NCBI GenBank assembly: GCA_964019425.1
Contig: OZ025784.1
Span: 1 to 64,000, forward strand
Reading direction: 5' to 3'
DNA: 64,000 bases
From: Flectonema sp. DT1601
Taxonomy: Eukaryota
The number at the start of each line of letters is the position of its first letter. Within the stretch, counting starts at the first letter, position 1. This document shows positions 19,043 through 31,000 of this stretch, one piece after another. Under the pieces are notes generated by a model that made no database searches, was not told the DNA's origin, and saw nothing but the letters and a program-made list of their open reading frames with translations. A program made the position numbers and the translations under genes.

Positions 19043-22000
19043 TTACCTTCCTGTTAGTACTGCTAGTTCGTCCAAGGCAGTGACAAAGCTTAACATCCTT
19101 CGTTGGTTATTCGGTAAGTAACAGTCTTCTAGAGAACATGGTTCTTCTCCTTCTTCGTTTATCATAGGATCGATGTACTTGTCTCTTAAGAATTCCACGC
19201 ACCAGTGTTCACATAATAAGGCCACATGATGTGGTGTTGCCCTTGCATCTTTACAGAAGATGCATTTCTCATTTTGTCCCTTGAGTTTCAAGGATCTGCA
19301 GTGTCCCACTCTAAAGCGTGACATGATCACTTCTTCCGGTCTGGTGAGCTCATCAATGTATGGAGGGTGCCTTACCTCTCCTGGCCCTAACCAGTTCTCC
19401 CGTTTTCTCCGCTTGTGGAAGGTCATCATCGTTCCCATATCAAGTTGAGCGGGTAGTTGTTTAATAATTATATCCTTATAAGGTGGATCATCCTTCAGGC
19501 CTGCTGCATACTTCGCAAGCTGGTCTGCTACTTCATTGTATCGTACATTTCTGTGCGCTGGCACATACTGTACGTTAATTTGTACACCCTTCCTCTCTAG
19601 CTTCATAGCTAACTTCCAGATGTCTTTATTCATTGGGGACCTTTGTTTGTATGGTCCTTGTTCCAATGCCTGCATAACTGACATCGAATCAGTCAACAGG
19701 TGCGTCGTTGCTGTTGGACATTCTTGTTCCTCCTTCGCTGCTTGAACAAGATTCTCCATCGCCAATTTTACAGCGATCTGTTCAGTCCTGTAGGAGGAAC
19801 CCGCCACCGGTATTTTGTATCCAAGTAGACACGTCTTGCCTTTGTCTACTATAACCACAGCAGCAGCTGCATTCGTCATGTAGGTCTTAGACTTGTGTCT
19901 TATCGACCCATCCGTGTAAACTCTCGTGTCTTGAGCAGGTAAGTCTGCTTCACTCCGTTTCGCCTCGTCTTTGTCACCTGGGTAAGTGAACTTCATCGCA
20001 TTAGTTTCTTTCCACGGTGGTAGCGTGTAGTGCTCCGGATTTACTTCTTGGCTTATGATACTTCTGTTTATGTCAAGACCAGGGATCCCAGATACATAGT
20101 AATTCCAGACAGTCCATCCCCATATCGTTTTTGGTGGGTTCTCTTCCATTCTTTTTGTTTTTGTCAGTTCATGTGCTGGTAGGTGTGGACTGAGCTTGAA
20201 TCGTTCATATGTTCTGCACATCTTGTATTGGATGTGTTCCTTTAGTCGTGGAGTGTCTGCCTCTTCGTACAGTCTTGTTAATTCTGTGCTCCGCAGGCAT
20301 CCAGTGACCAGCCTCACTGTTCTGTTTATAATTAATTCCAGTTGCTGGAGAAAGTTGCTTGTTAGTACCCAAGCAAAGCTCTCAACACCATAAAGGATCC
20401 TTGCTAGGACCACCGTCACTAGGATGCTAATCAGCGTTCTCTTCCTACAGCCTATCCGGGTAAGTCTAGTCAGTAAGCCAAGACCTCTGGATGCAGCTAT
20501 CATCATTTTCCCCATCTGTGACTCGAATGTCAGGTTCTCGTCATAGTGTACTCCCAGGTATCTTACAACTTTCGTCTTATGTACTTTCCGTCCAGTTGCA
20601 AGTGCGAATCCGTGAAGTCCTGGCCCCACTGTTTCCAACATCTTATCTATTTCCCCCCGATTGTGAACTTTCTTTAGTTGGGGGAAGCGCTGAGCATTCA
20701 TCTTTAGTGTTTTTATTACTGTTGGTTTGTTCGGCAGCTTTGTCTTTATTCTATGTGGCGGCACCACGTACAAGTGAGTGACAGCATAGTCTTCCTTCTT
20801 TTCTACTGTTGTTGTGCCATCGTCTTTCACAAGGTTTCTTATCTGTTCTGCTGTGGCCACAACATATTTAAAAGTATGCTCTTCAGAGTACACCACAACT
20901 GGGGACTTGTCCTGCGTTCTGTTCGGCTTCACATGAATGTATTCAGTTTTGCCAGGGTTCTTATTAATTTTTATTTGGGAGTCTAATGCCCAATCCTCAA
21001 AGATTCGTACCGCTTCATTGACTCGATCCTCCAGACGGTTGATGGTATCGGATGCGATAACTATCCCAACATCGTCAGCAAAGACGGTTGGCTCAAACTT
21101 CTCCAGTTTCTCTATTAAATCGTTTATAAATATCGAAAAGAGCTGGGGGCCCAGCACGCTTCCTTGTGGTACACCCACTTGTATGTTTTGGAAATTACCT
21201 TTTGTTCCGTTCACCCTCGTTGTGATTTTTCTTCCGGTCAGATAGTTTTGTACCCACCTCAGATACCTTGTTGGTAACCCTGCGGTCATCATCTTGTCCA
21301 TAAGAGTTTTTGGCTGTACCGCGTCAAATGCCTTTTGTAGATCAAAGGTGATTAGTATTGCTTCCTTTCCCCTGTCCCTGGCACTGAGAAGCCGGTCAGT
21401 TACGATGCATAGGTTTTCTGTAGCATCTCGTCCGCGTTTGTAGGCCGCCTGTCTTGGGTTCATCGTCTTATTTAATAAATGATGCATGCGTTCAACGATC
21501 ATCCTCTCAAAGAGCTTCGCAATAGAAGAGGTGAGTGTTATCGGTCTATAAGAAAGAACTTGCTTTTTGTCCTTATCTGGTTTTAATATTGGTATGACCA
21601 TACCGCTTTTCCAGCACCTTGGTACAGCTGATCGTTGCCATGACAGGTTAAACAGTCGCAACAGTTGTTTGAGAAAGGCTTCCGGCAGTTGTTTGATCAT
21701 AGAATTCCAGATCTTGTCGGGTCCCGGTGCTTTCTTTTCCTTCGTTTTTGTGAGCTGTCTCACCAGTTCCGACATCCCAAATTCCTCATCATTTTCATCC
21801 GGTCGTTCCGAAATTGTCTCCATTTCCCCATCTTTCGGGAATTGGTTTGCGTACGTTTCAGTAAAAGCATTTGCTATTTCCTGTGAATCAGTTAATTCCC
21901 TCCCTTTGTGTGTTATGTTACTGATCGTATGATCAATCGTTCTACCTTCTAGCTGTTTGACTTTCCGAAAGGCCCACCGATAATCTTTTCCCGACATATC

Positions 22001-22963
22001 ACATTCGATAATGTTCTGTTTTACCTTTCGGATTCCTTCTGCTATAGCATCCGTAGTTGTTTTATCCGGATCCGTCTCAGTCATTAACTCCTCAAGTTCA
22101 GGGTCCCTCACTGTGAAGGCACCACCTACTTCTTTGTTATATCCTGGTATGGCCCTTCCCGCTGCCTTTAATATTTCATTGTTTATCCTTGCTCCCAGTT
22201 TTTGGACTGTTTTTATATGTTCCAGCTTGGGTGCTGCAGCTTGCAATATTCTTCTGTAGTATTCCCAGTCGGCACAGTGCCATTTCCATTTCCAATTGTA
22301 AGTTTTCTGATGTTGCTCTTGAGTCTTTATTTCTTCGATGATTATTTTGAGTGGCTGATGGTCGCTACCCCACCCTCTCATAATTTTAACTTCTGCTTCC
22401 ATCGTGTTGTCCAAGGCTACAATGTCTGGGGATGTCAGGCTTAGCGGTCTCGTGTGTTGTTGAGGGTTGTTAATAACTTTCATCGCAGCTTCCAGTGACC
22501 AATTATAGAAGCTTATACCAGTAGTGTTCTTATTTCCATTAGACCATGTCGGATGGTGTCCATTTATATCACCTGCAATTAATGTGCCGAGTTCTGATTT
22601 AATCTTCCAGGTTGTTGCCTTGATTTCAGGCGGGTGGTAAACATTATGTATTATAAGAGGTGGATTAGACTGTAATTCTACTGATAGTATCTCAGTTTGG
22701 TCAAATGAGATGTCGTTGAGTTTAGTAATCGCATTTTTAAGATCATTCCTTACCAATGTAATGAGCCCACGATGTCCCATCTTGGTGGTGCTGTCTCTTC
22801 TGTAAGTTTTGTACCCGTCAACAGAGAAGGGCTTGTCATCGGTTAACCATGTTTCTTGTAGTAGTATTATTTCAGGTTTTTCTTCTTTGAGAGCCCAATT
22901 CAGTTTGAAGTAGTTTTCTGGTTTCAGAACTGAGCGAATGTTATTTGACCAAATCACAATCAT
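19043..22963 (-). CDS. LINE-B ORF2: AP endonuclease, reverse transcriptase, RNase H, Cys/His motif
   Basis: Motifs WSNNIR, LLQETW, GDINGH, SDHQP, KAPGPD, YRPITL, GVPQGS, FADD, RYLGV, YTDGS, LTDS, YVPAH, CIFC...H...C. Confidence 0.95.
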   Translation of the reverse strand: MIVIWSNNIRSVLKPENYFKLNWALKEEKPEIILLQETWLTDDKPFSVDGYKTYRRDSTTKMGHRGLITLVRNDLKNAITKLNDISFDQTEILSVELQSNPPLIIHNVYHPPEIKATTWKIKSELGTLIAGDINGHHPTWSNGNKNTTGISFYNWSLEAAMKVINNPQQHTRPLSLTSPDIVALDNTMEAEVKIMRGWGSDHQPLKIIIEEIKTQEQHQKTYNWKWKWHCADWEYYRRILQAAAPKLEHIKTVQKLGARINNEILKAAGRAIPGYNKEVGGAFTVRDPELEELMTETDPDKTTTDAIAEGIRKVKQNIIECDMSGKDYRWAFRKVKQLEGRTIDHTISNITHKGRELTDSQEIANAFTETYANQFPKDGEMETISERPDENDEEFGMSELVRQLTKTKEKKAPGPDKIWNSMIKQLPEAFLKQLLRLFNLSWQRSAVPRCWKSGMVIPILKPDKDKKQVLSYRPITLTSSIAKLFERMIVERMHHLLNKTMNPRQAAYKRGRDATENLCIVTDRLLSARDRGKEAILITFDLQKAFDAVQPKTLMDKMMTAGLPTRYLRWVQNYLTGRKITTRVNGTKGNFQNIQVGVPQGSVLGPQLFSIFINDLIEKLEKFEPTVFADDVGIVIASDTINRLEDRVNEAVRIFEDWALDSQIKINKNPGKTEYIHVKPNRTQDKSPVVVYSEEHTFKYVVATAEQIRNLVKDDGTTTVEKKEDYAVTHLYVVPPHRIKTKLPNKPTVIKTLKMNAQRFPQLKKVHNRGEIDKMLETVGPGLHGFALATGRKVHKTKVVRYLGVHYDENLTFESQMGKMMIAASRGLGLLTRLTRIGCRKRTLISILVTVVLARILYGVESFAWVLTSNFLQQLELIINRTVRLVTGCLRSTELTRLYEEADTPRLKEHIQYKMCRTYERFKLSPHLPAHELTKTKRMEENPPKTIWGWTVWNYYVSGIPGLDINRSIISQEVNPEHYTLPPWKETNAMKFTYPGDKDEAKRSEADLPAQDTRVYTDGSIRHKSKTYMTNAAAAVVIVDKGKTCLLGYKIPVAGSSYRTEQIAVKLAMENLVQAAKEEQECPTATTHLLTDSMSVMQALEQGPYKQRSPMNKDIWKLAMKLERKGVQINVQYVPAHRNVRYNEVADQLAKYAAGLKDDPPYKDIIIKQLPAQLDMGTMMTFHKRRKRENWLGPGEVRHPPYIDELTRPEEVIMSRFRVGHCRSLKLKGQNEKCIFCKDARATPHHVALLCEHWCVEFLRDKYIDPMINEEGEEPCSLEDCYLPNNQRRMLSFVTALDELAVLTGR

Positions 22964-24789
22964 GATTGGCCAGTGTTGTTGTTTCTATTCGTACTTGTTG
23001 TTCGACCGAGACCAATAGTGGCTTCCATCCGCTTCACCGATTCTACCAGACTTGTGATGGCTATGGCCATGTTGTTATAGTTCTTTTCGTTTTTATTAGC
23101 GGCCTCCGTCAGGGTTGCGACCACCTTCGTTAGATTGTAGAGTCCCTCCTCTAATCTTTTCTGCAGATCTGTAACATCATTCTTAAGCTGTGCCATCATG
23201 CTGTCAGTCTTTTCTCTGAGTTCCTTAACACTGCTCTCAGAGTTTTGTACTTCAGTTGTTGGATTTTTCGGAGTCGGTAACGTCTTTTTGACTGCGGCTG
23301 CATACGAAGTCTTGGCCTCGCGGTATTTCACAACGACGGGTTTCTTCACTTCCACTTCCACACTTTCTAATTTTTCAATTAGGATGACTACCTCACCACA
23401 TTGGACAAGTTTCGTTTCCGGCTTCTTGTCCAACGCGATGATGAAGTCACCCCGATCCATCCTTACAAATTTAGACCTCAGTCCCAACTGCGATAGAATA
23501 TTCTGGAGCCTGTTGCCCCAGCTGTAAGGCGCTCCGCTGAGACGGTGTAGCCCTTCGCCGTATACAGTGCTGGCGTACTTCCCAGCTCCCTTCCTTACTT
23601 TGTCGACGTCCTTTGTTTTAATCACTCTCAACCCTATTTTGCCGTGGCTGATGGTGAGTCCGTAACAGAGGTCTTGTTGGGCTTTCAGAATGCCAACTGC
23701 CTCATCATTCGTCGTCTTGCGGTCCAGCCACACGGTACTGTACTTGGTTGCTGACTGTCCCAGCGTTTGTTTGATTCGGAAGTAGACCTTGTCTGTTCCC
23801 GAGTTCTTCAGTAACTTTACTGCTGAGTCTACATCCGTTGGCAGGATTGTTAACTCCGCAAAGTCTCCCTCCACTGATCTGTACGATCTTTGATCCACCC
23901 TTCCGTGTTGTGCAACAACCGCTTTTATCATGGCTGTTACTGCTGAGGGGCTTTCCACCTGCGCCTTGGAGATGTCCTTCTTTGTCATCCAGGCTATCAG
24001 TTCATGTGTCTCCGGTGGGTTGACCTTTTTGGCGATGGTCAATGTTGGTCTGTGGGTCGTGCCTGACATTGTAACGAACCACCAGCTTCTAATTTTTAAT
24101 TGTCCATCGAATTGGACTGGCGTCTGAATCTGACTGCAGTCAGTTGCGTGTTGTAGGGCACGTTTTGGAGGTGGTCGTGTGAACACTATCGTCAGTTGTT
24201 GCGTTTTGCTAGCCTTTTCGAAGTAGTCTTCGTCCAGGTTTCTTCCTTGTTGAGATAATGCAAGTATAATGCCGTTGGTCTTGCTGTTGAGGTCATCAGT
24301 TGGCTGGAGTATTTTGCATTTAAAATGCTCCTTGTTAAACTTTGGTGGTGGTCCATTCATCATCACCGTCGATCTTCTTTGTGCCTCTTTGATTTGAGGG
24401 CTTGATTGGGGTGCCTCATTTGATGGAGGGCTTTGTTTTGTTTTTAAAACACTTCCTTGTGCCTCTATGTTTTGAGGGCTTATTTGAATTGCCTCTTTGT
24501 TTTGAGGGCTTGTCTTTGTTTGAATTGCCTCCTTGTTTTGAGGGCTTGCTTGAAATGCTGCTGGAGGTCCTACTGCGGTCACCTCTACTGAGATTCCTTC
24601 TGGCACTTCTGGAGAGTCCATCTCCATTTCTTCCTGTTGCTGGGACTCTATCTCCTGCTGAGACTCCTCTTCTTCTTCCCGGATCTCATTTCTGGCTTGT
24701 TCCCTCATCATCTTCGCCTCTTTCCTTTCTCTTTCTCTCCTTTCCGCTGCCCTTCTGTCTTGCGGACGCATTGCTTTCTTACCAGCCAT
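22960..24789 (-). CDS. LINE-B ORF1
   Basis: Likely ATG at 24789 (MAGKK). SPQNKEA-type short repeats, a domain shared with LINE-A ORF1, a SYAAAV motif and a C-terminal coiled coil. Confidence 0.82.
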   Translation of the reverse strand: MAGKKAMRPQDRRAAERRERERKEAKMMREQARNEIREEEEESQQEIESQQQEEMEMDSPEVPEGISVEVTAVGPPAAFQASPQNKEAIQTKTSPQNKEAIQISPQNIEAQGSVLKTKQSPPSNEAPQSSPQIKEAQRRSTVMMNGPPPKFNKEHFKCKILQPTDDLNSKTNGIILALSQQGRNLDEDYFEKASKTQQLTIVFTRPPPKRALQHATDCSQIQTPVQFDGQLKIRSWWFVTMSGTTHRPTLTIAKKVNPPETHELIAWMTKKDISKAQVESPSAVTAMIKAVVAQHGRVDQRSYRSVEGDFAELTILPTDVDSAVKLLKNSGTDKVYFRIKQTLGQSATKYSTVWLDRKTTNDEAVGILKAQQDLCYGLTISHGKIGLRVIKTKDVDKVRKGAGKYASTVYGEGLHRLSGAPYSWGNRLQNILSQLGLRSKFVRMDRGDFIIALDKKPETKLVQCGEVVILIEKLESVEVEVKKPVVVKYREAKTSYAAAVKKTLPTPKNPTTEVQNSESSVKELREKTDSMMAQLKNDVTDLQKRLEEGLYNLTKVVATLTEAANKNEKNYNNMAIAITSLVESVKRMEATIGLGRTTSTNRNNNTGQS

Positions 24790-24867
24790 TTTATTTTTTT
24801 TGGATGTGACTAAATAAATAAGAGTTTCAAAAATAAATAAATAAATAAAAAGTTTCAAAAAAACAAC

Positions 24868-24939
24868 GGCTTAGTGGTCTAGTGGCATGATTCTCGCTTT
24901 GGGTGCGAGAGGTCCAGAGTTCGATTCTCTGCTGAGCCC
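24868..24939 (+). tRNA. trnP: tRNA-Pro (anticodon TGG)
   Basis: Cloverleaf: acceptor GGCTTAG/CTGAGCC, anticodon arm CTCGC-TTTGGGT-GCGAG, T arm CAGAG-TTCGATT-CTCTG; TTTTT terminator follows. Confidence 0.97.
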
Positions 24940-25048
24940 TTTTTCATGTCACCTGTTGTGAGAATTATTTTCAATTTTTTTCTAACTGTGCAAAACTTTA
25001 AAACTGGGTAAATGTCACTTAACAGCTTACAATAAAGGCGTTTCTTTG

Positions 25049-28000
25049 TCACAGTTGAAGGATGACTACAAACAATGTGCTTAAAAGAACAAACAAGTTT
25101 GGTGCCAAAGTTGATGATGACGCTGGAGGATCAACTGTTTCAATAGTGGGGGTTGGTGAATCTTGGATGGTGACCGGCACCTTCGTGAAGGGAACTGCTG
25201 TTGGCCCTTCCGTCATTTCAACTGGCTGCTCAGTTCCAGGCGCTGCACTTGCCACAACAGAGAGTGTGACTGTTGGCGAACTGTTAGTTGGAATCTCGGT
25301 TGGTGCAGTTGTCTTTGCTGCCGTCTCAGAAACTGTTTGGTTTTTTCATGCTTTGTGGAGACCATGTGACCAATGAGGTAAAAATACACACCAATTACTA
25401 ATGAAGGGTCAGCGTTGCTAAACATTCCGTTGGGAGCCTTCCTCAGAACGGAATCTTTTGATAGTAGATCGTCGGAGATGCTTTGCTTTATTGTCTCGCC
25501 TATCAGAGAAGTGTTGATAGAGATAACTGTTTGGACATCAAATTCAGACATTGCAAAAACTGAATTTGGATTAAGTGGTGAAAGAGGCAAAAAGGGTCGA
25601 AAGTTAACGCAGTTGGTAGAATTGCAGTCAGTTGCTTTTCTAAAATCTTTACAAATAGATGGAGATTGCCTGTCAGAATCAGTAACTCCTCCACTCCATC
25701 TGGTGACAGGCAGTGCGCAGATGTATCGAAGGGTGACACTCTGGAGGATGACAACTTTCAGCAAGAGAAGCTCAAACATTTTTGACTCAAAGTCATCTCT
25801 CTTCAATCCCTCAGCAAAAATAGCCACATCGGATGCAGTCCCAAATGACCCCAATGACAATCCAGTTATCAGCGGTGGGGGTTTTAGTGCAAGAACACTT
25901 ACTCCAGTCACAATAAATGAATTTGTGTCAAAAGTTTTCCCCTCACAGTCATGATAGGTGTCATTGCTCCCACTGACACACTTAAAGTGAAGCCTCATTG
26001 AAGGACAGTTGTTGTTAAAAACCAACCCTTTGAAGTTTGCAACTCCGCCTGACACTCGCATAGTAATCGAAGACAGCACGTCGATAAATTGACTCCCTTG
26101 AGTATCGTTTTTGTAAACACCAACAAATGACCCGTGACTGAAAGGAACACAAGAACTGCCAACAACAACAGTCGACTGATAATCACCTGACACAGTTTCA
26201 CCTTTCTCATCAAGCACTGCAATCGAAATATGAAATTCTGTTTCTGATTTGACTTCAGACATTACCATTGGGCAGACGGAATTATGGCACTGTTGATTCT
26301 CAATTCCCAAACTCTTAATTTTTTGGATGCTAATCCTTGCTGAGAAAGCGTCTTCATCACCGAGATCCAATGTAGTGAATAACAGTGTGGTTGGAACACT
26401 TAGTGCTCTGCCGTGATACACCACCTCTCCAATGTGATGCCTCCCATTTACTAATGTGAATTCAAGGCCCGCACTAGACAACCTGTGGTTTATCGTCCAA
26501 GAGGAACTACTGCATCCAAGCGCTGATATAGCTGCGAAAGGACATGAAAATGATGCTGTGCAATGTTGATATAAATTATCAATATTAACACAAGGAATAA
26601 TAGTCGGATTAATAAATACAACAGCACTGCTACCCCTATCTTCAGAGTGACGAACAACTGTACCTGTAATGTCAACCGCTTCGACCCACATGTCAAACGG
26701 CACTCCGAAGACCCACGAGATACTAGTTGTGTGGTCAATAACTCGCTCTAATACTTCAGTTTGAGCTGGAAAAAGACCTCTTACACGAAGTCGCGTCGCC
26801 TGTCTTACAAATATCAGAGGGCCGATGTCTGATATCGAGCCAAAACCAACATTTGCTACACTGCTGCCTGACACAACTGCGTCTGTCGCCTCTACAGTAA
26901 AATACCAGGGAACGTGTTCACAGAGATTGCTGCTGCCATCACTGAAATTACATCTGCGAGTAGGTTCAGAAGCATTAAGGGTAAATATTATGATTCCGTT
27001 TTTTGATATGGCTGTCTGTATTGGCCAGGTAGACTGTTCTGAAGAAGTGATATTGCGGTAGCCGGTTAATTTGACCACCATTTGATTGTCTCCTAATACA
27101 CGCTGTCCATCTGATGTGAGAACTTGAATTGTGACATCCGATCCAACACCAACGACAGCGGCCGACTCCCCGTTGTCAGCTGTCGCCGTAAGATTGCTGA
27201 AGTTTGCCTCAGACCTCGGTATTATTGCAATCTTTGAAGAAGACCGAACAGTAACATCCAAGGTTGAAGTCGGATTCACAGTCCCCATTCCAATAGGCAG
27301 ACCGCTGACAGCACCTGGAGAGATACTGCACACTCCATCGCGGGTAAAGTATCCTTTTATTTCTGCGACATCTCCTCCCTCTAAAACTGTGACTTGACAA
27401 CCAGCGTCTGTGAGCACTTCGCAATTAAAACAATCTTGAGGTGACATAAAAGTGCCAGTCACAGTAAGCACTTGACGGCTCCAGGAATTCGACAGCTGTC
27501 CTAAACCAGAATGTGTTCGGGTTGAGTCCCAGGCCCTCAACATGAGAGAGACTGAGCGATTTGTTACCGAGGGTGCTGACATTAACGAACTGGACACTCT
27601 GACGGGTTCTAAAGTATTAGAGCTGCTCCAATCCCACAGCGACACCACGCTCTGTTTGAACTTTAGAGTAATTGACTGGTCCGTTGCGTTCAGCAGGTCA
27701 AGAGGAGGAGTTATAATAACCTCACACGAACAGCTTTCCTGTATTGACAAGGCTCTAACAAAGAATTTCGCTTTTCCTTCGACAAAGAATGCCTCCGATG
27801 AAACAGTCACGTCGCATGCCAAAGATACAACTTGAGATGCATCAGAACTGCAGGTAACAGAAGCCCTGGCTGGTGATGTTATTTTCGAGTAAGAGAGATA
27901 CCAAGTGGTGTCGGATGACAGAGCATTGGGCTTTCTCGCAATTGAATAAACTAAGAAGTAGCAAGACTGACCAGTAGTCAACTCTGCTGTACGAGAACAA

Positions 28001-31000
28001 CTCAATGACACCACATCAACATTATCAACAGCAATATGAGTAGCGACAGGAGAGAAGTGAATCAACGGAATAGTCTTGTCACCAAGATATGAGGTTGGTA
28101 ACGTCCCCACTCCAGACATCTGTAAATGAACTCTAAACGACACCACAGGGGATCCCGATAGTGAAAGAATTGTTGTTCCGGCAGCTCCATCTCCTGCGGG
28201 AATTGGTATCCCGTTGTAAACAGAAGTCCCATTTGATAACCCTCCTGTAGGAGATCCCATTGTCAGGAAACTTAATGGAACTTGTCCCGCAGGAACTGAC
28301 ATTTTCGCGTCGATAAGCAATTCCGGGTTACTTTTTAGAGTCAAAACAGAGTTTGAAACGAAACGACTCGCAAACATCGGACGAAATGCAGCAACTGTGG
28401 GACCTGCAACAATGTATGCTCTGTCACCAAGATCATCCGCTGCGTAGACTTCGAAATTCCACTCACCAGTTGTTGTGATATTTGTGAACCACAATGTCTT
28501 TCTTGATGTCGGAATGAGAATTATTTGTGTTGGGTCAGTGAGTACGGTCATCCATTGCAATCTCCCAAACCTAAGAAGACACTTAAAACACGATCTGTCA
28601 AAGTACGCTCTAACAGTAGCAGTTCCATCGACAGATGAAGTGTACGAAGACACTGAGGGAGAAGTTATAACAACTTTAGAACCTCCTCCATTGCCGCTGC
28701 TCAATGATTCGACCATTGAGAATCCGATATCCGTGGAAGTGGTGTCCCAGTCTGGAATATTATTCGAATCGACTTGCCAAGCTGAAAGTGAAAATGGTTT
28801 TCTTCTTCTCACAGCAACAGGAGGGTTTCCTGCAATGATCCACGACACTCCACAGGTGATCACGTGGTGTTCTAATGTCGCCCCCACAGTTGGAATCCCT
28901 CCAACCGACAAGTAGCTCCTCAGTAGAAAGCGACCGAACTTATCAGAGGCTCCGTGTTTTGACAATTTGTACTCAAGCCAAATTGAGCATTTACTACAGG
29001 ACCTTGAGTAATAAAAGGAAACCACTCCCTGTGATTGAATTAACGTGGGCGAGTAGGAAGCAGAACTAAAATCTTCAGGTGACAATGACGTGCACGCTGG
29101 TAATGCTGAACGGGGTCGCAGGGAACCGTCGGAAAGAAAAGCTCCGTTGCCGTATTTCATTGAAGAGGAGATTTGTTTGTTGGTGTCAATCCATTCTGAT
29201 TGAATTGAAATAGTTCTCATCCAGTTGTTGTCGGAGGGATGTCTCATAGCCCAGGAAGTTGTGGTTCCCATCAGTTGAATGTTTTCAACTTCTAATTCAA
29301 AAAGTTCCCCAACCTTGACTGGTTTTCTAAGTTCTGGAACTCTCTGTGCTCTGATGGCAACCAACGAGGGTTCGTTGATCTCTACATTGAAAGACTTCGA
29401 TAATTTAGTCCTCCCTGAGAGTAGTGGGATTCTATTTGATTGTTCTGAGGAGATTCCAAATCCATTCAAACAACTTTCAGCATTCTGACCAACATAACAA
29501 AGATCTAACTTTATACGACAACCTTCACAGGGCTGGTCAAAACTAATCCAGGGGATTGCCACTCCTCTAGACATTGACACGGCGCTGTTTACTTTTTCGG
29601 TAAAGTTTCGAAGGTCTCCACTTCGAAGGATCATTCCATCACTCGGTTTAGACGGGTTGAGTTCCAACACGGTCATCTTCCCTCCGGTGGAACATCGACC
29701 CCATCCGTACTTTGTTACTCTGACGAGAGTATCTGAATAGGTCCAGGCTCGAGTTTGCTGCGCAGTGGTGACAATGGTTTCAATTGGAAAAGGGACATCA
29801 ACTGCAGCGCGGGCATACTCCCAACCAAAACCAGGCGTTGGAGAGAACGAAAGATAGTTGTGAGAGATCGATTGGAAGAGACGCTTTGACGGACACTCGA
29901 CATCAGTCGTAATGTTATCAGAAACAGACCACTTGGCGTAACTCTCAATTGGGTCTTCCCAAAAGTAACTTCCAGTTGTCGAAAGTAATGAACTTTGTGT
30001 GAGACCAGTGCGAGTTAACATCGCTTTGATGTCGATTGTCTTTTGGTCTGTTTCACTTCCAACTATCTCCGTCACATAAAATGAAATATTTACTTTTAAT
30101 TCTTGTGAACTCATACCATGAGTTACTCTGAGAAGATCAGAGTCTGAGACTGCATTGCCCACAGTCAGAATGTTGTTCTCCTCGACGGATTCTAAAAGTA
30201 CCATTCGAGAGTTGCTGACAGAGAGAGAGTATCTCGCTGTCACTTCGTAGACGTAGAATCGAATATCAACAGATGCGATTCTAAAATAACTAAATATCAA
30301 CAATGACGAAACATCAGGTGACAGTCCACATGAAGAAGAGCCCCCACGAAATTTCCTTCCAGGAGAAGGCTCAGCTTCAATAGCAATACCAATCGGATTT
30401 GCCTCAACAGCGAGAATCCAAAGATTAATTGTCACACAAAGACTGGTTACTATTTCAACACCGTCACTGTTGACAGACGTCTCACAGATGTCGAACGTTG
30501 TTTGTCTGACTGGTGTTGCTGCAGCTGCACTTCCGTATCTGAGCGTAAGAGACCCGACTCCTGAACTTACTAATCTTTCTGCTTTCACTTGTATTGAACC
30601 AAACGAATACTGAAACCCCCCAACATCTTCTGGAATGTTATTATTAAAAACTGAATCGAGTGTCACGTCACTGCTGACTGATTTTCCATTTTCAGTGACC
30701 CAATCTGGTGAGCTTCCCTTTGGCGTTGTTGAAGGTCCCCCGTTTGGTATTACAGTCACACTCTGGACATTTGATTTTATCACGTCTGCAATTGGAGTCT
30801 TACTTCTGAATTCGAAGTTAATTGTGACGCCTTCAGATGAGAAGGCATCGACATCCTTTGAAATATTAACACAACCGACTGCACCAACCGAACACAACGC
30901 ATTCCCAGAAGAAGAACTGACCTTCACGTAATTACTACCCAAAGCTGAAGAAGAGAGCTGCAGGTGTATTTCTGATTGGCAGCTGTAAACTTGTGTTCCT

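Larger units (their letters stand above)
18749..24801 (-). mobile_element. Full-length non-LTR retrotransposon LINE-B (APE-RT-RNaseH)
   Basis: ORF1 and ORF2 overlap by ATGA, ~270-nt 3' UTR, poly-A tail (T21 at 18749-18769). 5' end approximate. Confidence 0.9.

Noticed and set aside
18744..24807. GGATG(T) at 18744-18749 and 24802-24807 as a LINE-B target-site duplication
   Set aside because: Only 5-6 bp and could be chance; used only as a tentative 5' boundary.
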